A program made the position numbers and the translations under genes. A stretch of DNA of 64,000 nt from a virus: IMG/VR virus record IMGVR_UViG_3300037418_004082; one strand, given 5' to 3'. A model generated the notes under the pieces. The model saw only the letters and a program-made list of their open reading frames with translations, searched no databases and had not been told where the DNA came from. Shown here piece after piece: positions 27,901 through 37,240 of this stretch (positions within the stretch are counted from its first letter, which is position 1; each line of letters begins with the position of its first letter).

Positions 27901-28224
27901 CCCGCGACGGAGCGCCTGCCGTTGGTCCGGGGCAAGGTGAAGGGCGTGGGCGTGTCCAGCCCGCAGACGTCGATGGTGGACCCTCTGGGGGTGCGCCTGG
28001 CCGGCTTGATCCCCTTCGAGGGCACCACCTTCGCGGTGGACGGCGGCATCGACTTCGGCATGGGCATCCCCGCCCCTGACGCGGGCGTGCTCGCGTGGAT
28101 CGCGTTGGTCAAGTGGGGCCGCGCGGCGCGCGTGTTCTGCTACGTGACGGAAGGCAATGCCTTCGCCGTCGAGCAGCCGCCGCAAGCCTTCGTGAGCTAC
28201 CCCGTCGCCAACTTCGTGGAGTAG
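24943..28224 (+). CDS. Large baseplate/tail-fibre structural protein (1093 aa)
   Basis: Long beta-rich protein in the tail module. Confidence 0.6.
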   Translation: MQYGTYGIYEGGAVTLDNVQAGIRVAPAILKTQDGRKMGFGQDGRFVRVHFHQAVAGFAWESNRPTSFDAPVYSLELPDDAGFAYLAFDTVETTDVVIIGAPATGYVIFGKVSWPANANTIADLTLDFTERQESRVLDAYDPLNATELYDAGMRFGDAQFNGPLISFAVQSEVLQGEALAKNSDAFAYVVVKPTDVVNVNTTLTIEPIRVVLRKVVDDLPLFRAIRTKAPFVFTFDVTGIPGQRIYVWVDTTTGEVFADTLYTPAPDIGTVLVAYGDVPFGATTLADVHFILASEVAESSAQAGTSIVIQDLTKPAGFVKPFVATPSSTIQKALLLEDNVAVVRGVEYRCPQTQVLLPDAGLTVGRLDLVFAEFYRTVEPAPPTDGSFYLHVPGVGYVVARMRYTIAANVSYADANDLLLDAAVTAIGGGNFVRRPGGEFASPFLLAHETESYALPVALVYRYSQKPFAYDAIDGGGTGPGNVPTRPDGKRHNFLHRDELEVVAPVQMPANVPAVLGAALGAILKGQHPNKLGAAPQVVGYHSARPLQVDAIAPAAMGDAHVLSAPDGVRREWTADPQPYWLGTTFEADLDGVSTFHNYEDGAKALTLNAPQDARLYLGGVGGDQPVAALVWVDTGAPVVLTGPWAVGLDQKSASATLDTADANYDASGTVSLSFAVIQDAIHYPSETPAQLLLAKLNGSDYMLATPDPRPVALTSATATLEPVGGQNRGSALSIVVTVTGVGTSQVVVPAVIDSHLVLGVRSASKAADASPLGIKTVELGSPDLAVTFTSAIANGEDVNLELVLAGRFANVRPQNRHLGDFATAGFFTASIDGGQAVVRVALPHNHVLRSVLGFTHQAAGPLVYGVYVDGYLYPCTPSGFDRNLVTLALALSLADYATLPLAQQAKWTLDVGGTFYTLAAGTYQIALPLTWSDALATTDTFVVGYSYDGLPFSPAPVGETFEILARGYVLATDSSIANHGTHYTSPATERLPLVRGKVKGVGVSSPQTSMVDPLGVRLAGLIPFEGTTFAVDGGIDFGMGIPAPDAGVLAWIALVKWGRAARVFCYVTEGNAFAVEQPPQAFVSYPVANFVE

Positions 28225-28227
28225 ACC

Positions 28228-29727
28228 ATGACCTTCAACGCACGCGACATCGGGTTCGGCCCCGCGGGCATCTCGGTGAGCGGCCGTGCGTTGCCCGCTT
28301 TCGTGGAGCCCGCGCGCATCACGAACGACACCACGCCCTACCCCCTGCAGCGCGAGGTGCTCACCGTCGGGCTGACGCACCAGGTGCGCTTCAACCTGGC
28401 GGCCGCGCCGCCGCCGGGCGCCGTCAAGAGCCTGGTGGTGGGCAAGCTCACGTACTTCGAGCCCGACTTCGAGATCGTGGGCAAACGCCTCGTGTGGAAA
28501 CGAGGCGTGCTCCCGCTGGGCACGACGCTCGTGTTCGAGGCCGTCGGCACCGATCAGGTGCACCGGCGTCTTGACGTCGTCCCGGTCCTGACGCCGGGGC
28601 AGACGACGTTCGAGCTGTTCGCGCCGCCCGCGGGCCCGCCGGAGGTGTACGTGAACGGCCTGCGTTACGATGAGCGCGCCTTCACCGTGCGAGGCCGCAC
28701 GATCCACTGGCACGAGGCCCTGGTCCCCGGGGCTCGCTTCGTGGTGGTCTACCCCATCACGCCGGAGGGCGCGCATCTCTACCAACTTGACACCGTTCCC
28801 TTCGGTCCGCAGCACGGGTCGAACGTCGAGCTGTCGATCGAAGCACTCGACACCCTGTCGTTGCGCGTGTACTTCCGTGGTCAGCGGCTCACGCCGTTGG
28901 TGGACTACGCCGTGTCGCTCGACCAGTTGACGATTCTGACGCCCTTGGAATCGGTACATGGTGACCTGCTACAGGTCGCCATTCCGACGTCCTCGACGTT
29001 CTTCCAGGCCACCACGACGGATCGCGAGTTTCCGACCCAGGTGTTCACGAAGGCAAACGCCGTCGTCACGGCACCGGGCACGACGGTGGCCTTGCCCAAC
29101 CCGGGCGACACGAGCGTGCTGTCGGTCAACGGCCTGATGTACGCGGAGAGCAAGGGCTACACCCGCACCCCGTCGGTCCTGACCTGGGCGGATGCGTCCC
29201 TGACGTTGGCCGCGGGCGACGAGTTCAGCCTGCTGGGCTTCAACACACCCGACGCGCTGCACGTGCGCGAGTTCAACGGCCAGGTGGGCTACCCCACCTT
29301 CGACCTGGGCGAGAAGGCCGCGGACATCCGCAAGAGCCTGGTGTTCGTCTCCGCGGGCGCCAGCTACGGCGGCGAGCTGTACGCGGGCCGCCAGTACCTG
29401 TCCTTCCCCTCCGACCACGAGGTCGCCTGGACCGGCCCGTTCCCGCTCAAGGCCACCGATCGCGTGGTCGTGGTCTACCTGCGCTCCCCGGCACTGGCCG
29501 GCGCGCTGACCATCGAGACCCACCAGGTGACCATGGCGGAAGAGGGTCAGCCCTTCGCCCGCCGGATGAAGCGCGCCCCCAAGGAGCCGTCGGCCGTCGT
29601 GGCGGCGCTCAATGGCGCGCGGCTGGTGAGCCCCAAGAACTTCACGGTGAACGATGACGCCTTCGTCTACCTCGACCACGACGTGCCGCTCGCGGTCGGC
29701 GACGTGATCACCCTACTTTACCGGTAG
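28228..29727 (+). CDS. Structural protein of repeated small beta-sandwich modules
   Basis: About six repeats of V(Y/F)xNG...(Y/F)...GD...(Y/L). Confidence 0.65.
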   Translation: MTFNARDIGFGPAGISVSGRALPAFVEPARITNDTTPYPLQREVLTVGLTHQVRFNLAAAPPPGAVKSLVVGKLTYFEPDFEIVGKRLVWKRGVLPLGTTLVFEAVGTDQVHRRLDVVPVLTPGQTTFELFAPPAGPPEVYVNGLRYDERAFTVRGRTIHWHEALVPGARFVVVYPITPEGAHLYQLDTVPFGPQHGSNVELSIEALDTLSLRVYFRGQRLTPLVDYAVSLDQLTILTPLESVHGDLLQVAIPTSSTFFQATTTDREFPTQVFTKANAVVTAPGTTVALPNPGDTSVLSVNGLMYAESKGYTRTPSVLTWADASLTLAAGDEFSLLGFNTPDALHVREFNGQVGYPTFDLGEKAADIRKSLVFVSAGASYGGELYAGRQYLSFPSDHEVAWTGPFPLKATDRVVVVYLRSPALAGALTIETHQVTMAEEGQPFARRMKRAPKEPSAVVAALNGARLVSPKNFTVNDDAFVYLDHDVPLAVGDVITLLYR

Positions 29728-29881
29728 GCTTTTGCTCCTCCGGCTGCTTGGGCCGGGGCAGGAAGTGGTGGATCAGCGGCATGGCCAGGTCGTCGGCCAT
29801 GTGCACGAGACCGCCCAGCGCCTTGGGCGCCCCTTCGGCATCCATGGCGGTCTTGGCGAGGTAGAGTTCGTACGGGCGCAT
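29708..29881 (-). CDS. 57-aa putative internal head protein with MRP tag (absent from ORF track)
   Basis: GAGGT SD then MRPYELYLAKTAMDAEG...KVG; directly downstream of the portal. Confidence 0.65.
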   Translation of the reverse strand: MRPYELYLAKTAMDAEGAPKALGGLVHMADDLAMPLIHHFLPRPKQPEEQKPTGKVG

Positions 29882-29890
29882 GCGGACCTC

Positions 29891-31945
29891 CTAGATCGGC
29901 GGGTTGGCGCGCTTCGGCGGGCCGCCCTGCGGCAGGGGCTTCTCGTTGCCGCCCTTGCCCGGGGTCTGGCCGTTCACGCCGCCCTGGCCGGGCTTGGCGT
30001 TCGGACCACCCTGCTGCTGGGCTTGCCCGGCCTGGCCGAAGACGGGCTGGACGTTGAACTGCGCGAGCACCTGGTTCATGATCGCGGCGGCCAGCGGGTT
30101 GGTCTGCTCCATCTCCTGCATGGCCTGATCGCGCGCCGCCGGGTCCATGCCCGCCAACTGCTGGGCCTGGCCCTGGATGACGGCCGGATCGGTCTGCATG
30201 CGCGTCTGGAGCTGACGCGCGAGGGCCGGGTTCTGGCTCGACAGGCGCTGGATGGCACCCTCGGCGTCCTTGGGCTTCATCTTGCCCAAGACGCCGTAGA
30301 GCTGCTCCACCTGCTCGTGCGGGACGGTCGGCCCCGCCATGCCCGACTCCGGCGGCATGGCGTTCTGCAGCATGCTCTGGATGCTCTGGGCGCGCGTCGC
30401 AGCCTCCGCCGTCGCCTTCGCGTCGGAGAGTGCCTTGTCGAGGTTCTCCGCGAGGCGCTTGCGCTGCTCGTCGTCGTAGTCGAAGTCGTTGACCTGGCCC
30501 AGGTAGTTGCCGCTGATGGCACCCGCGCTCCACATCTGGAAGATGAGCGACTTCTGCTGCACGTCGTCCGCCATCTTGAACGGGAGCATGTCCACGTCAA
30601 CCTCTTCGAGGCTCGTAATCTCGCTGATGCGCTTCGCGACCCACTGGAACAAGTTGATGATGCCGTTCACCTGGTTGAGCAGGCTGTTCTCCAGCATGCG
30701 CAAGCTGACGCTCGTGCCGGTGTACTGCAGGCCGCCCCGCACGAACTCCACCGGCGCGTTCAGCGCGTTGATGATGTTGTCTTCCGTCTGCTGCATCTCG
30801 GCTTGCAGCATGAGCGCCTTGCCCTGGCCGCCCATCTGGTCGTGAGCGATGGGGATCGGGCTCACCATGATGTAGAGCGGATCCTTCTTCCACTTCTTCA
30901 GCTCCGTGCTGAAGCGCTTGCGCCAGTCGAGCAGATCGATGGGGATGGCCGTGTTGGCGCCGGTGTCCGTGCCGGGGAACACGATGCGCAAGGGCATGAT
31001 GTGCTCCAGCAGCAAGGAGAGCTGGGCGCGCTTCATCATGTTGAGGTAGAAGATGTCGCGCAGCGCCGCGATCGTGTTCGGCATGCCCCACGCGGTCTCC
31101 GTGCCGGGCAGATCCATGCTCATGCGCGCCAGGTGGTACAGGTTGCTCTTGCGGAACTTGATGCGCGGCTTGGCGTTGCGGCCCTTGGTGAGACGCGCGG
31201 CCGTGATGACGTCGATCGGCGTGTTGATCAGGCGCAGGCGGTTGCCGTCCTTGATCTTCTGGATCTCCTCGTCCGGCACGGAGTAGTAATACTCCACCTG
31301 GCCGGAGTACGGGTCGTAGTCGATGTCGAAGTTGCCCGGGTAGTAGGTGATCAGCGTCACCCGGCGCCAGTCGGAGACGAGCACGTCCTTGATCCGCGCG
31401 GCGCCCTTCTTGCCGCACTTCGGGCAGTACAGGATGAACTGCAGGTTCGGACGGTCCCAGTCCCACTTCGCGGTCTTGGCGCGCTCTTCGGCCTTGCAGT
31501 GCTTGCAGACGAGGTGACGGTCGAACGGCTGGTACACGCTCACCATCACGTTGCCGTACGCCTGGTAGTTCATGCCACACTTCATGGCGAACTCGCGCGC
31601 CTTGATGTGGTCGAAGATGTCTTCCCACGTCGTGACGAGTTCCTTCTTCGCGTCAAGGTGCTCACGGTAGTCCTTGTCGTTCTCGTTCTTCGAGATGCGC
31701 GGCGTGAAGGTGAACTTCGTGATGGGGTACTCCGCCAGCTTCTCCACGGCGGGGTTGATGGAGCTGTTCGTGATGATCGCGTAGGCGCTGAAGCGCATCA
31801 GCTCCTTGACGGTCTTCGGCAGGAAGAACGCCTCGAAGTTGAAGAACTGGCTCTGGTTCAACAGGGCCTGCTGCATCATCAGCGTGTTGCCGCCGACCAT
31901 GAAGTCGCCGGTGATGTCGTCGTTCTGGGGCGAAAGCCAACTCAT
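29891..31945 (-). CDS. Portal protein (684 aa)
   Basis: Portal-like order NPAVEKLAEYPIT, CGMNYQAYGN, WGMPNTIAALRDIFY, MGGQGKALM, ALNAPVEF; Zn-ribbon insert; Gln-rich tail. Confidence 0.7.
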   Translation of the reverse strand: MSWLSPQNDDITGDFMVGGNTLMMQQALLNQSQFFNFEAFFLPKTVKELMRFSAYAIITNSSINPAVEKLAEYPITKFTFTPRISKNENDKDYREHLDAKKELVTTWEDIFDHIKAREFAMKCGMNYQAYGNVMVSVYQPFDRHLVCKHCKAEERAKTAKWDWDRPNLQFILYCPKCGKKGAARIKDVLVSDWRRVTLITYYPGNFDIDYDPYSGQVEYYYSVPDEEIQKIKDGNRLRLINTPIDVITAARLTKGRNAKPRIKFRKSNLYHLARMSMDLPGTETAWGMPNTIAALRDIFYLNMMKRAQLSLLLEHIMPLRIVFPGTDTGANTAIPIDLLDWRKRFSTELKKWKKDPLYIMVSPIPIAHDQMGGQGKALMLQAEMQQTEDNIINALNAPVEFVRGGLQYTGTSVSLRMLENSLLNQVNGIINLFQWVAKRISEITSLEEVDVDMLPFKMADDVQQKSLIFQMWSAGAISGNYLGQVNDFDYDDEQRKRLAENLDKALSDAKATAEAATRAQSIQSMLQNAMPPESGMAGPTVPHEQVEQLYGVLGKMKPKDAEGAIQRLSSQNPALARQLQTRMQTDPAVIQGQAQQLAGMDPAARDQAMQEMEQTNPLAAAIMNQVLAQFNVQPVFGQAGQAQQQGGPNAKPGQGGVNGQTPGKGGNEKPLPQGGPPKRANPPI

Positions 31946-32715
31946 GGTGCGATCTCTTTCAGCAGCTCGTGATGCAGGTGGTCCACGTGGGCGTCGATGG
32001 CGGCCAGGCGCGAGCGCTGGACGTCGGCCGCCGGGGAGGGCAGTTGCTTGCGCACCTGGTGCGCCACCACCCGACCCACGTCGCTCGACAGGTGGTCGAG
32101 CGCCGGCTGACAGTCGGCCAGCTCGTGCGGGCAGCAGACGAGGCCCGCCCGGTGGAGCTGCACAGCGATGTACGCCTTGACCTCTTCGCTCAAGGGCGTC
32201 AGCCGGTCGATAACCCGCATGAGCCGGTGAGCCCACGCGATCTCGTGCGGGTCCAGCTCCTGCGTCAAGGTGAAGTCCACGGGCCGCCCGTTGAAGGCCA
32301 CCGCGGCCTTCTCGAACATGTGCCAGTGCTCGAAGACGTCGGGGTCGTAGAGCGTCTGGCGGGCGAACAGGAGGCTCGTGGTCTCGTGGGCGGTCAAGCC
32401 CAATGATTCCATCAGCGTTTCGGGCTCGTACTGCACCCAGACGGGCCCCAGCTCGCGTTCCGCGCGAACGGCCAAGCCCAGGGCGGTGCCGGCGGGCCGG
32501 GCGGCCTGCTTCTGGACCCCGGGCTGTTCGAGGTGCTGGACGCCGGACGTCAGCAGCCGCGCGCCCACGCGCTCGGCCACCGCCTTGCGGTCGCGCGACG
32601 AGTCCAGCAGGTCCGCAACCGACTTGAGGCCGGAGACCACCTGCTGGACCTGCTGCTCGCGTTTCGCGCGCTCCGCTTCGTCCGGCGCGCCGGGGACGCT
32701 AGGCGTGGGGAGCAC
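31942..32715 (-). CDS. Hypothetical head-module protein
   Basis: Coupled to the portal; contains QKQAA. Confidence 0.65.
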   Translation of the reverse strand: MLPTPSVPGAPDEAERAKREQQVQQVVSGLKSVADLLDSSRDRKAVAERVGARLLTSGVQHLEQPGVQKQAARPAGTALGLAVRAERELGPVWVQYEPETLMESLGLTAHETTSLLFARQTLYDPDVFEHWHMFEKAAVAFNGRPVDFTLTQELDPHEIAWAHRLMRVIDRLTPLSEEVKAYIAVQLHRAGLVCCPHELADCQPALDHLSSDVGRVVAHQVRKQLPSPAADVQRSRLAAIDAHVDHLHHELLKEIAP

Positions 32716-33748
32716 GCGCGCTGACCAGCAGCATGCGCTGCTGCGGAAGCTCCAGCTCCGCGAGCGCCGCCGCGAACTTGCGCATGTTGCCCCGCACCGC
32801 GAACGCGCCGGGCGCGATGTCCGCGAGCACGTGGTCCGGGATGCCGTGCACGATGTCCTGCAGCGCCATGTGGACGCCCGCGAGCTTGACGTTGGCGGGG
32901 TACATGTCCTCGTCCACCGGGCGGTACGCGATGGCCGGCAGGCCGATCAGACCGACGGCCTGGTCGAAGCCCGCGAGCTTGTCGAGCGTCGCGTAGGCGT
33001 CCCAGAACTCCGCGCCCAGCTCCTCGTCGTGTGCGAGCTTGCACAGCTCGTTGTACGCCGTCATGAAGCCGTCGTCGAAGCGGTGCACGGGACGGTACGC
33101 GTGCGGCAGGTCCACGTTGCGGGCGCTCGCCGCCTTGCGCAGCCCGTCGAGGTGCGCGGCCTCGTCGTGGTTCTGGCGGATGATTGCGACGCGCTGGCGC
33201 ACGGAGTCGATGACGTGCGACCGCTTCACGGCTTGCGCGGCCTGCTTCACGATGGCCGGCACCGGGATGTTGGCCTCGGTCAGTACCTCGTCGAGCACGG
33301 CGGCGGTCTTGTGGACCTCCTCCAGCGGCAGCTCGTTCGGCCGGAAGCTGTGCGCGGACGCGTAGGCCGCCTGGACCTCCGTCATCACGGGCGCCTCCGA
33401 CGCCGCCTTCTGCACCGGCTCCTCCAGCATGGGGAGGATGATGTCCTCCACACCGTGGATCGCGGCCGCGTACTTGATCTGGTCGCGGACGAAGTTGCGG
33501 TCGTCCACGTTGCCGATCTGGGAGGCGGTCTTCGTGAAGTAGAAGGCCGCCAGCCAGGTGTCCGCGGCCGTGTCGCAGGCGAACTTCTTGAGCTTGGGCC
33601 AGGCGTACAGGGTCTTCTCGGCGCGCGTGGCCTCGCCCGGGGCCTCGGCGGCCGCCTTCACGAACTCCGGGATGGCGGACTCGCCGTGGTCGTGGATGTG
33701 CCGGGTCAGCACCGCGCTGGTGGTGTCGTCGTGGTAGTCGAACAGCAT
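32699..33748 (-). CDS. Putative head protein rich in K-x-A motifs (349 aa)
   Basis: MLFDYHDD start; VKAAA, TKTAS, QKAAS, HKTAA, VKQAA, RKAAS, VKLAG. Confidence 0.7.
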   Translation of the reverse strand: MLFDYHDDTTSAVLTRHIHDHGESAIPEFVKAAAEAPGEATRAEKTLYAWPKLKKFACDTAADTWLAAFYFTKTASQIGNVDDRNFVRDQIKYAAAIHGVEDIILPMLEEPVQKAASEAPVMTEVQAAYASAHSFRPNELPLEEVHKTAAVLDEVLTEANIPVPAIVKQAAQAVKRSHVIDSVRQRVAIIRQNHDEAAHLDGLRKAASARNVDLPHAYRPVHRFDDGFMTAYNELCKLAHDEELGAEFWDAYATLDKLAGFDQAVGLIGLPAIAYRPVDEDMYPANVKLAGVHMALQDIVHGIPDHVLADIAPGAFAVRGNMRKFAAALAELELPQQRMLLVSARAPHA

Positions 33749-33761
33749 GGAAGGCGTCTCC

Positions 33762-34178
33762 CTAGTAGGCCGGAAGGCCGACGGCCTTGCGCAGAGCGGC
33801 GTAGGTGTCACGATCGCGCAGGTAGCACACCGTCACGGTCTTGATGGAATTATCGCCCCGGCGCGCCGCGTTCACCAGAAGCACGTACTTCCAGCCGCGG
33901 AAGGTCACCCGCATCGACTCGCCGTCGCCATGACGGATGGGGGCGCCGTTGACGCGCTGGCCGTCGGACTCCAGCACCTTGGTGTTGATGGAGTCCGACG
34001 TCACGTGGAGCACTTCCAGCTTGTCGTTGTCCTCCTGGCTCTTGTTGAAGTGCGGATCTTCGTCCTCCTGGAGCACGAAGGTCGTCGCCGCGTTGACCCT
34101 GTCCTTCAACAGGGCCACGATCTCGGGCGTGTGCTCGGGCTGCTTACGCGGCGCGGCCGGTTTGATGTCCATCGTCAA
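33762..34178 (-). CDS. Hypothetical protein
   Basis: AAGGAGG SD, coding-like bias. Confidence 0.65.
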   Translation of the reverse strand: MTMDIKPAAPRKQPEHTPEIVALLKDRVNAATTFVLQEDEDPHFNKSQEDNDKLEVLHVTSDSINTKVLESDGQRVNGAPIRHGDGESMRVTFRGWKYVLLVNAARRGDNSIKTVTVCYLRDRDTYAALRKAVGLPAY

Positions 34179-34187
34179 CTGTCCTCC

Positions 34188-35642
34188 TTAAGCGAGTGGT
34201 TGCCAACCTTGGATGTTGAGAACGGTCGCGACGGTGTTTAATGCCGTGTTGACCACCGTGCGTTCACCGCCCGCGCAGAAGAACGCGGCGAATACCGCGT
34301 CGTCATCCGTCACGATGGGCGCGTTGGCCGCGAAGCCACTTAGCCCCTGGTGAAGTGCATAGTTGAGTTGGTGATTGCCGCCCTGCACGGGCGGGATGAC
34401 CATGATCGATGCCGACAACGACAGGATCGACGCGAGGAAGTCGGCCACACCGTCGTCCATCGAGTCGATCAGGTTCGCCGCACGATCCGCGCCGTCGGCG
34501 ATCGTGTTGCCGGTCGTGGCGAGCGCCACCTGTCCCAGGTTCTGGGCCGCCACCGCACCCTCGCCGATCAGGTCGAGCGTCGCGATGGTCTTGTCCACGA
34601 AGGAACCCGCGCCGGGCACGAGCTTGTTGAGCGAGTCGCCCACGGTGATCGCGTGCCACACGTTCCACATGGCCGGGTCCCCGATCGTGGAGAGCGCGTC
34701 GAAGATGGTGGGCGCCTCGACGGTCAACGTGCCGGCGTCCATCTTCGCACCCTTGTGCGTCACGGCCACCGCGTGATCGCCCGCGCCCAGTTGCGACGGC
34801 AGCACCTGGCACTGCAGCGTATTTTCATCGATGAACGCGGTGGCTTGCGGGTGATCGTCCACCGTGATGAAGTCCTGCAGGTCGAAACCTTGGCCCTTCA
34901 CGCTGATGACGACGGCTTCGTCCGGCTTCACGGAGCTGGGCGTCACGGCGTCGATGTTGAACGACCCCGCCTTGAGCAGGTTGAGCGGATACACGTCGCC
35001 GTTCACGATCTTCGCGATGGGACTCGCCTCGAAGGCGCTCTTGATCCGCGTGGTCGCGGAGTCCCACAGGTCTTCCGGCAGCGACACGAGGTCGCTGAAG
35101 GCGTCGCTCACGCTGCCCAGGGCCGGGCTCGTGCCCAGCAGGTCCGACAGGGCCTTGCCGGCCGCCTCCGTGTCGCCCGTGAGCATCAGCAGCAGCACGA
35201 TGGCCGCGTCGAAGAGCGCTTCCGGCGGGCCGGCGAACAGGACGAGCACGCCGCCCGCGTAGGCGTCGTCGGCGAAGTCCGGGGCGGAGAGGTCGCTGTC
35301 GGGCGCCGTGATCCCCCGGCCGATGGTGTCGAGCACGCGCCCGAAGCCGCCGAAGTCCGGCCGCATGATGTACCAGTGGACCCCGCTGGTCCACGCGCTG
35401 TCCAGGAAGTTCGCGGCGGCGTCGGTGAGCGCCTGCACCTCGGTGCCTTGCTGGACCTGCTGGTTGTACCACGTGGCGAGCCGCTGGTTCACATCGCGCG
35501 CCTTCGTGGCCGTGCTCTGCAGGGGCGTCTTCACGCCGTCGAGTAGCCCGCGCGTGGCGTCGAGCAGGTGCGTGAACTCGTTGCCGGCGGGGCCGATGGA
35601 CTGCAGGTTGGCGGAAACCCAGAAGGGCGCGACGTTCGCCAT
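34188..35642 (-). CDS. Baseplate-region protein with IPT/TIG-like Ig domain
   Basis: IDAVTPSS...ISVKGQGF...FIDENTLQCQV. Confidence 0.55.
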   Translation of the reverse strand: MANVAPFWVSANLQSIGPAGNEFTHLLDATRGLLDGVKTPLQSTATKARDVNQRLATWYNQQVQQGTEVQALTDAAANFLDSAWTSGVHWYIMRPDFGGFGRVLDTIGRGITAPDSDLSAPDFADDAYAGGVLVLFAGPPEALFDAAIVLLLMLTGDTEAAGKALSDLLGTSPALGSVSDAFSDLVSLPEDLWDSATTRIKSAFEASPIAKIVNGDVYPLNLLKAGSFNIDAVTPSSVKPDEAVVISVKGQGFDLQDFITVDDHPQATAFIDENTLQCQVLPSQLGAGDHAVAVTHKGAKMDAGTLTVEAPTIFDALSTIGDPAMWNVWHAITVGDSLNKLVPGAGSFVDKTIATLDLIGEGAVAAQNLGQVALATTGNTIADGADRAANLIDSMDDGVADFLASILSLSASIMVIPPVQGGNHQLNYALHQGLSGFAANAPIVTDDDAVFAAFFCAGGERTVVNTALNTVATVLNIQGWQPLA

Positions 35643-35643
35643 G

Positions 35644-37020
35644 CTACCCTCCCACGATCGGTGCGAGGAACACCCACGACGCGTCGCTCGACGCCAGGTA
35701 GAACTTGGCGTAGATGACCTGGCCCGGGTTGTGACGCTTGGGCAAGCCCGCCTGCAGGGCGGCCTGCACGGCCGGGCCCATCTCCGCGACCGTGCCCTCG
35801 TAGCGGTACACGAAGACGGTGCCGATGGCGAGCGCGCCGCCCAGCTTCAGCCCGATGCCGCCCAGGCGATCGATCATCGCCTCGAAGTCCTTCACGGCCT
35901 TCTTGAGCCCGTTCTCCTGCTCGGTGTAGGAGTCCAACAGACGCTGGATGCCGGCCGCGCGATCGGCGTACGCCCCGACGATGCTGATGACCGTCTCCGC
36001 CGCGGCGTCGAGCTGCGCCTTCACGCCGTCCATCGCGTCCGCCAGGTACTTGAAGACGGGGATGGCGTCACCGATCGCGAGGTCGCCATCGTGCACGATG
36101 CCCGTGTCGGCAGGCAGCGGGATGGGATCGGCGTCGGTGCCGTCGTCGGCGTCGCCCGACGGATCGTCGGTAGGCAGCTCGGGCACGGGGCTCTCGGCAG
36201 GTGGGATGTACCCCAGGTCCTTGGTCTCGAACTCGTGCGTCGTGGTCATCAACTTGAAGTAGTACGTGCCTTCGTCAAGCGTGTCCGTCAACGTGTAGTG
36301 GTGCGTCAAGCCGTCCTGCGAGAACGCGAACGTCGCCACGAGGTCGTCGTGATGTGTGACCACGGTGGTCACCTCCAGCGTATCGGGGTCGGTCACGTCC
36401 TCGCTGGTGTCGTACTTCGTACGCAGCTCCAGCGTGTAGGCCACGTTTGCCGTCAAGGACGTGATCCAGGTGCACGACAAAAACGGTCCCGCGGTCGCGA
36501 TCTCCACGTTGCTGATCTCGTTCTCCGGCGGAGGCGGCGGGAACAAGTCGGGCATGTCGGGCCCCGACGTGAAGAAGTTGGCGAGCCCGTGGAACGCGCC
36601 TTCCGACGCCGTGAAGAAGAACACGCCCTTGACGGTGGCGGTCGGCGGGGTGTTGCCGAAGCCGCCCGCGAACTGCGCCGTGCACTGGTTGCCGAAGTCG
36701 CCCACGGTGCCCAGGTAGCTGTAGGCGTCGATGCGCAGGGCGATGCCGTTCGCGAACTCCGACAGCTTGGCGGTGATGGCCGCGACCAACCCCTGGATCA
36801 AGGCAATCAGCGCCGCGCCCGCGCCGCCCAGCGCGAGCAGCGGCAGGGCCGCGAGCATCGCCGCGAACTTGGCGACCTGGATGATGACCAGGACGACGGC
36901 TACCACGGCGCCCAGGATGCCCGGGATCACCTTGAGCGGCGCGAAGATGTTCAGCAGCGCGCCGATCCCCGGCAACGCCGCCCCCAACGATCCCTGCGAC
37001 TTGAGCTGGAACTGGGCCAC
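35644..37020 (-). CDS. Baseplate-region protein with hydrophobic N-terminus and FN3-like domain
   Basis: Long hydrophobic helices, then ISNVEIA...TWITS...YYFKL. Confidence 0.55.
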   Translation of the reverse strand: MAQFQLKSQGSLGAALPGIGALLNIFAPLKVIPGILGAVVAVVLVIIQVAKFAAMLAALPLLALGGAGAALIALIQGLVAAITAKLSEFANGIALRIDAYSYLGTVGDFGNQCTAQFAGGFGNTPPTATVKGVFFFTASEGAFHGLANFFTSGPDMPDLFPPPPPENEISNVEIATAGPFLSCTWITSLTANVAYTLELRTKYDTSEDVTDPDTLEVTTVVTHHDDLVATFAFSQDGLTHHYTLTDTLDEGTYYFKLMTTTHEFETKDLGYIPPAESPVPELPTDDPSGDADDGTDADPIPLPADTGIVHDGDLAIGDAIPVFKYLADAMDGVKAQLDAAAETVISIVGAYADRAAGIQRLLDSYTEQENGLKKAVKDFEAMIDRLGGIGLKLGGALAIGTVFVYRYEGTVAEMGPAVQAALQAGLPKRHNPGQVIYAKFYLASSDASWVFLAPIVGG

Positions 37021-37029
37021 GGATCCTCC

Positions 37030-37230
37030 TTAAGGCGACGCGTCGATCGCCGCGACGATCGGCGTCAGCAGCGCCAGCACGTACGTGTCGATGATGGTCG
37101 CGAGCTTCGCGGCCTGGGCCTGGGTGCTCGTGCCGTCGGCCGGCTTGAGCATGCCCTCCAACGACGTCGTCATGGCGGCGAGCGCGGTCGGGTGGATCCC
37201 TTGGAGAATAGCGGAAGCGGCTGACGGCAT
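37030..37230 (-). CDS. Small hypothetical protein
   Basis: AGGA SD; in the baseplate operon. Confidence 0.6.
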   Translation of the reverse strand: MPSAASAILQGIHPTALAAMTTSLEGMLKPADGTSTQAQAAKLATIIDTYVLALLTPIVAAIDASP

Positions 37231-37240
37231 ACGTTTCCTC

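Noticed and set aside
24925-28959. Very long antisense ORFs (1344 aa here; also 21097..23529, 29732..31972, 49014..51818 and others)
   Set aside because: Shadow frames of high-GC3 genes on the opposite strand, rich in R/G/V/H with no motifs. Only the last 138 codons of 21097..23529 look real.
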